A stretch of 64,000 nucleotides of DNA from Barthelona sp. PCE (lineage: Eukaryota), in assembly GCA_040285745.1 (NCBI GenBank), contig JAUFOR010000004.1:682001-746000 (forward strand), in the 5' to 3' direction. Made by a program: the position numbers and the translations under genes. Under the pieces are notes generated by a model. That model was not told the origin of the DNA. It ran no database searches and saw nothing but the letters and a program-made list of their open reading frames with translations. Positions 61,601 to 64,000 of the stretch are shown piece after piece. Position 1 is the first letter of the stretch, and each line of letters opens with the position of its first letter.

Positions 61601-61730
61601 TTAAAATATCTTTGCATAGTTGGGTTAAAGCTTTGAAACCTAAATTTTCTAAGTGTTAGTGTGATCTATGCAAATTGCAATGGTGCATACCCCCGTCAAT
61701 GAGTTGTTGGGCCCGTGCTAATGCTGTCAT
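58686..61730 (-). CDS. CLASP-like TOG/HEAT microtubule-associated protein; 2 exons 61730-61691, 61648-58686
   Basis: HEAT/TOG motifs NNFRVAEKSL, RLGDRKEVVREAA, NWNNRKTAM, RRSNLVKATC and NLAVRKRSVF. Upstream exon MTALARAQQLIDG joins in frame via a 42-nt intron, giving 1000 aa. Confidence 0.75.
59967..60008. repeat. Perfect (CTCTTC)7 microsatellite encoding poly-Glu (14 E) in the CLASP-like gene
   Basis: Read directly from the sequence. Confidence 0.9.
61649..61690 (-). other. Spliceosomal intron, 42 nt, phase 1 (CLASP-like gene)
   Basis: On the minus strand GTATGC...ACTAAC-ACT-TAG. The join to ATG 61730 is in frame; retention gives an in-frame TAA. Confidence 0.85.
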
Positions 61731-62141
61731 GTGCCTACTACCCGGTGTTGAAAGGGTGAATATGGTTATAACAAGTTGCTAGAACTATTTCAGTTTAATT
61801 TAATGGATCCAACTCAAGTGTTATGCATCGAGGTATAATATGCGCACGCTGAAAAGCATTAAAAAGCAAAAAGGCAAAATCAGGCGCAAAACTTTTCTTT
61901 GTGTATGGTCATCTATAAGCATCTTTTAAGTGGTATGATATGCCGTTAAAGCGTTATTTTAGGACAAGAATTTCTCTAAAAACTATTTTTTCTCGATGTG
62001 CAGGTAAGAGATTATGTTTTGGTATCAGTGTCAAACTAACTAATACCTTTGCATAAGTACGTTGTTCATGTCTTATGGGTCATTATGGTAACTTGCATAC
62101 AAACACAGGTTGTTTAAACAAATCTTTTCCTTTTCATTCGC

Positions 62142-63773
62142 ATGCAAACTTTTTTTAGACCAGGTGCATCCAGCATCAGGCCTGGAACGTCAACTCGTGC
62201 AGTCATGCAGGCAGCTGTGGGCTTAAACTCTGATTCAAACATTAGAGTTGCAGAACGCCCGCTTACAAGCTCAAGACACGGAATTGCCGGTCTCAAAACC
62301 CAGTCCACAGGACGCAGGGTTCACGACCGTGGCTTTTTCTTGAGTGTTTTAAGGGAGCAATTCACCAATTTGCGAAAAGAAATCAGTAGGATTCGATCTG
62401 AAATCAACAAGTATGAGACAGAAAACGCAGAAGTGGCATCGCTCACGAAAAGGAAGGATGAATTAGATAAGATATTAAAGAACCTGAACACACAGCTCAA
62501 TATTCAAAAGCGCGCAAAAACTTTATTTTTGAGCGATTCTTCAGTTGAAGACATCAAGGTAGAAACATCAGGACTTGAGACCGAGGTTAACCAAACCAGG
62601 AGTCTGATAGATGACATTTTTAGGGAGCGAAAGAAGTTGGAGAAATCTTTTAAGAACCGTTTATCTCGTCTTAACACCACTGAGAACAGCATTAAGAGCG
62701 AATTGAGCCACAACGACTGTGAGTCGATGGAAGAGAAGCAGAAGTATCGAAACGAAACATATGATACTCTTGTTGAACTTAACGATCGATACAATGAAGT
62801 TGATGGTAGGGTAGAGAAGCTTATTGCATCAGGCGACTCCAACGTTCTGCAGACAATTGAATACATGCGTCAACGCAAACAGTTGCAGGAGCAATTGAAG
62901 GAAGTTAGTAAGGATCCAGAAACAGTGACGCGTGCCCTAATTTCCAGCATTAAGCAGAAAAAGGAAGAGGCTCTGTCCAAGAAGAAAGAGCTAAGTGAGC
63001 AGAAGAAGCGTCTTAAGGGTGTTATCAAACAGTTGCAAGAAAATGAAAGCATTGATGACAGTCAAAAAGAAGCAAGGATGCAGAAGTTTAATATTTTCAA
63101 GGAGAAGGTTGAGGGAATGAAGACATTCTTGGATGTCACCCCTCTAGAATTGAAAAAGAAGCAAAACGATTTAATATACACGAATTCTCGCATTCGAATT
63201 TTGATGGAAGTGTTGAGTAATTACAAAAGCGAAGAGGAGAACGTGGATGTGGTTATTGGAAGGAAGAACACCCAAGTTGAGACGTCCAACACTACTAACG
63301 AATCATTAGAGGCACAGCTTGAGGCAAAGAAGAAGCAGTTGGCTGATGTGGACAATATTGAGGAGAAGTACATTGCACGCATAGAGGAAGTACAGACTTC
63401 AATTGAGGAGATCAACCAGAAAATGGGTAATATGTCCATCCAGCAATACAAAGAGAAGATGAATGAACGGAAGAAGCGTTTAGGTTCGTTGGTTGACGAG
63501 GCACGTGTGAGGCGTGGCCATCTAAGTGCGCTTGTTCGCGAGACATCGGAGAAGTACGAGCATTTGAAATCAACAGTGAATAATTCTGAGCGTGGTCTCG
63601 TTATAGATCAGCTTTTCTCAAAGATAAGATATTTGGCTGAAATTAAGTTCTCTCTCCACGAGTTCGTTAGATTAAACAGCTCATCAGTTGAAACCCAGGA
63701 ATTGGAAGAAGAAACTGATCGTTTACTGGTGTTGCTCAATGATATTCATACAAAGGGCGGAATTGGTTTGTAA
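62142..63773 (+). CDS. IFT74: Intraflagellar transport protein 74
   Basis: Basic N-terminus RPGTS...VGL...IRVAERPLT..HGIAGLKTQSTGRRVHDRGFFLSVLR followed by a long coiled coil. Confidence 0.88.
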   Translation: MQTFFRPGASSIRPGTSTRAVMQAAVGLNSDSNIRVAERPLTSSRHGIAGLKTQSTGRRVHDRGFFLSVLREQFTNLRKEISRIRSEINKYETENAEVASLTKRKDELDKILKNLNTQLNIQKRAKTLFLSDSSVEDIKVETSGLETEVNQTRSLIDDIFRERKKLEKSFKNRLSRLNTTENSIKSELSHNDCESMEEKQKYRNETYDTLVELNDRYNEVDGRVEKLIASGDSNVLQTIEYMRQRKQLQEQLKEVSKDPETVTRALISSIKQKKEEALSKKKELSEQKKRLKGVIKQLQENESIDDSQKEARMQKFNIFKEKVEGMKTFLDVTPLELKKKQNDLIYTNSRIRILMEVLSNYKSEEENVDVVIGRKNTQVETSNTTNESLEAQLEAKKKQLADVDNIEEKYIARIEEVQTSIEEINQKMGNMSIQQYKEKMNERKKRLGSLVDEARVRRGHLSALVRETSEKYEHLKSTVNNSERGLVIDQLFSKIRYLAEIKFSLHEFVRLNSSSVETQELEEETDRLLVLLNDIHTKGGIGL

Positions 63774-63785
63774 AGTTCACATTGT

Positions 63786-64000
63786 TTACATTTTGCTGCG
63801 GTTGCGGGCGGTGATTGATTGGATTCGATCAGATAAATTGGATAAATGATCATCAAGCTTTGTGGATGGCATGTGGCTCTTTTTCAGAGTCGACCGATTG
63901 GTGAGAGGTGTGTGCGACTGTGTGATGGGTCTTGGCGGTGATGCGAGACCAGGGAAAACGGATTTAGATAACGGAGAGTACATAACGTTTGGATCCATTC
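63786..64000 (-). CDS. 3' end of a gene that probably starts beyond the window
   Basis: Open frame to the window edge, ending TAA-A 12 bp from the IFT74 stop, like other convergent gene pairs here. Confidence 0.5.
   Translation of the reverse strand, partial: MDPNVMYSPLSKSVFPGLASPPRPITQSHTPLTNRSTLKKSHMPSTKLDDHLSNLSDRIQSITARNRSKM

Noticed and set aside
61991..62010. Minus-strand CTTACCTG resembling the U1 snRNA 5' end
   Set aside because: The following sequence is AT-rich and lacks U1 stem-loops; it is simply the complement of the CAGGTAAG donor-like site.
496..63451. Numerous 60-280 aa ORFs antisense to or nested in the long genes (e.g. 2384-2980, 59659-60504, 60520-61173)
   Set aside because: They are shadow frames of real genes, Ser/Phe/Leu-rich mirrors of E/K-rich coding, with no recognisable motifs.
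1..64000. Alternative genetic code (TAA/TAG as Gln, as in hexamitid diplomonads), CRISPR arrays, tRNA/rRNA genes, transposases
   Set aside because: Conserved proteins end at TAA/TAG where expected and contain no internal stops. No repeat-spacer array, cloverleaf, rRNA motif or transposase/RT motif was recognised by eye.

Overview
Gene-dense eukaryotic nuclear DNA in the standard genetic code, with about 30 protein-coding genes, mostly intronless and often separated by under 100 bp. It comes from a flagellated organism (CFAP57, CFAP20, IFT25, IFT74, AK9-like and a NEK kinase are present). Four spliceosomal introns can be reconstructed by hand: two in CFAP20, one in AK9 and one in a CLASP-like gene. 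All begin GTATG and end in a branch point fused to the acceptor (WCTNAY-NNN-TAG). Together with TAA-A gene ends and TCA-type elements near starts, this points by inference to a metamonad-like protist. Housekeeping genes include calpain-7, UTP4, TRAPPC1, a GPAT, RPN5, ABCF2, an HPS5-like protein and a divergent CDK. The most interesting leads are an unannotated multi-hairpin element with an Sm-like site (55.4-55.6 kb), intron-like elements lacking the AG acceptor upstream of the CDK and IFT74, a possible ERMES-type SMP protein, a short TSPO, a membrane-anchored DJ-1/PfpI protein and a GFAT-derived probable pseudoenzyme. No rRNA, tRNA, CRISPR array or transposase was recognised. Family calls come from remembered motifs, not from database searches.
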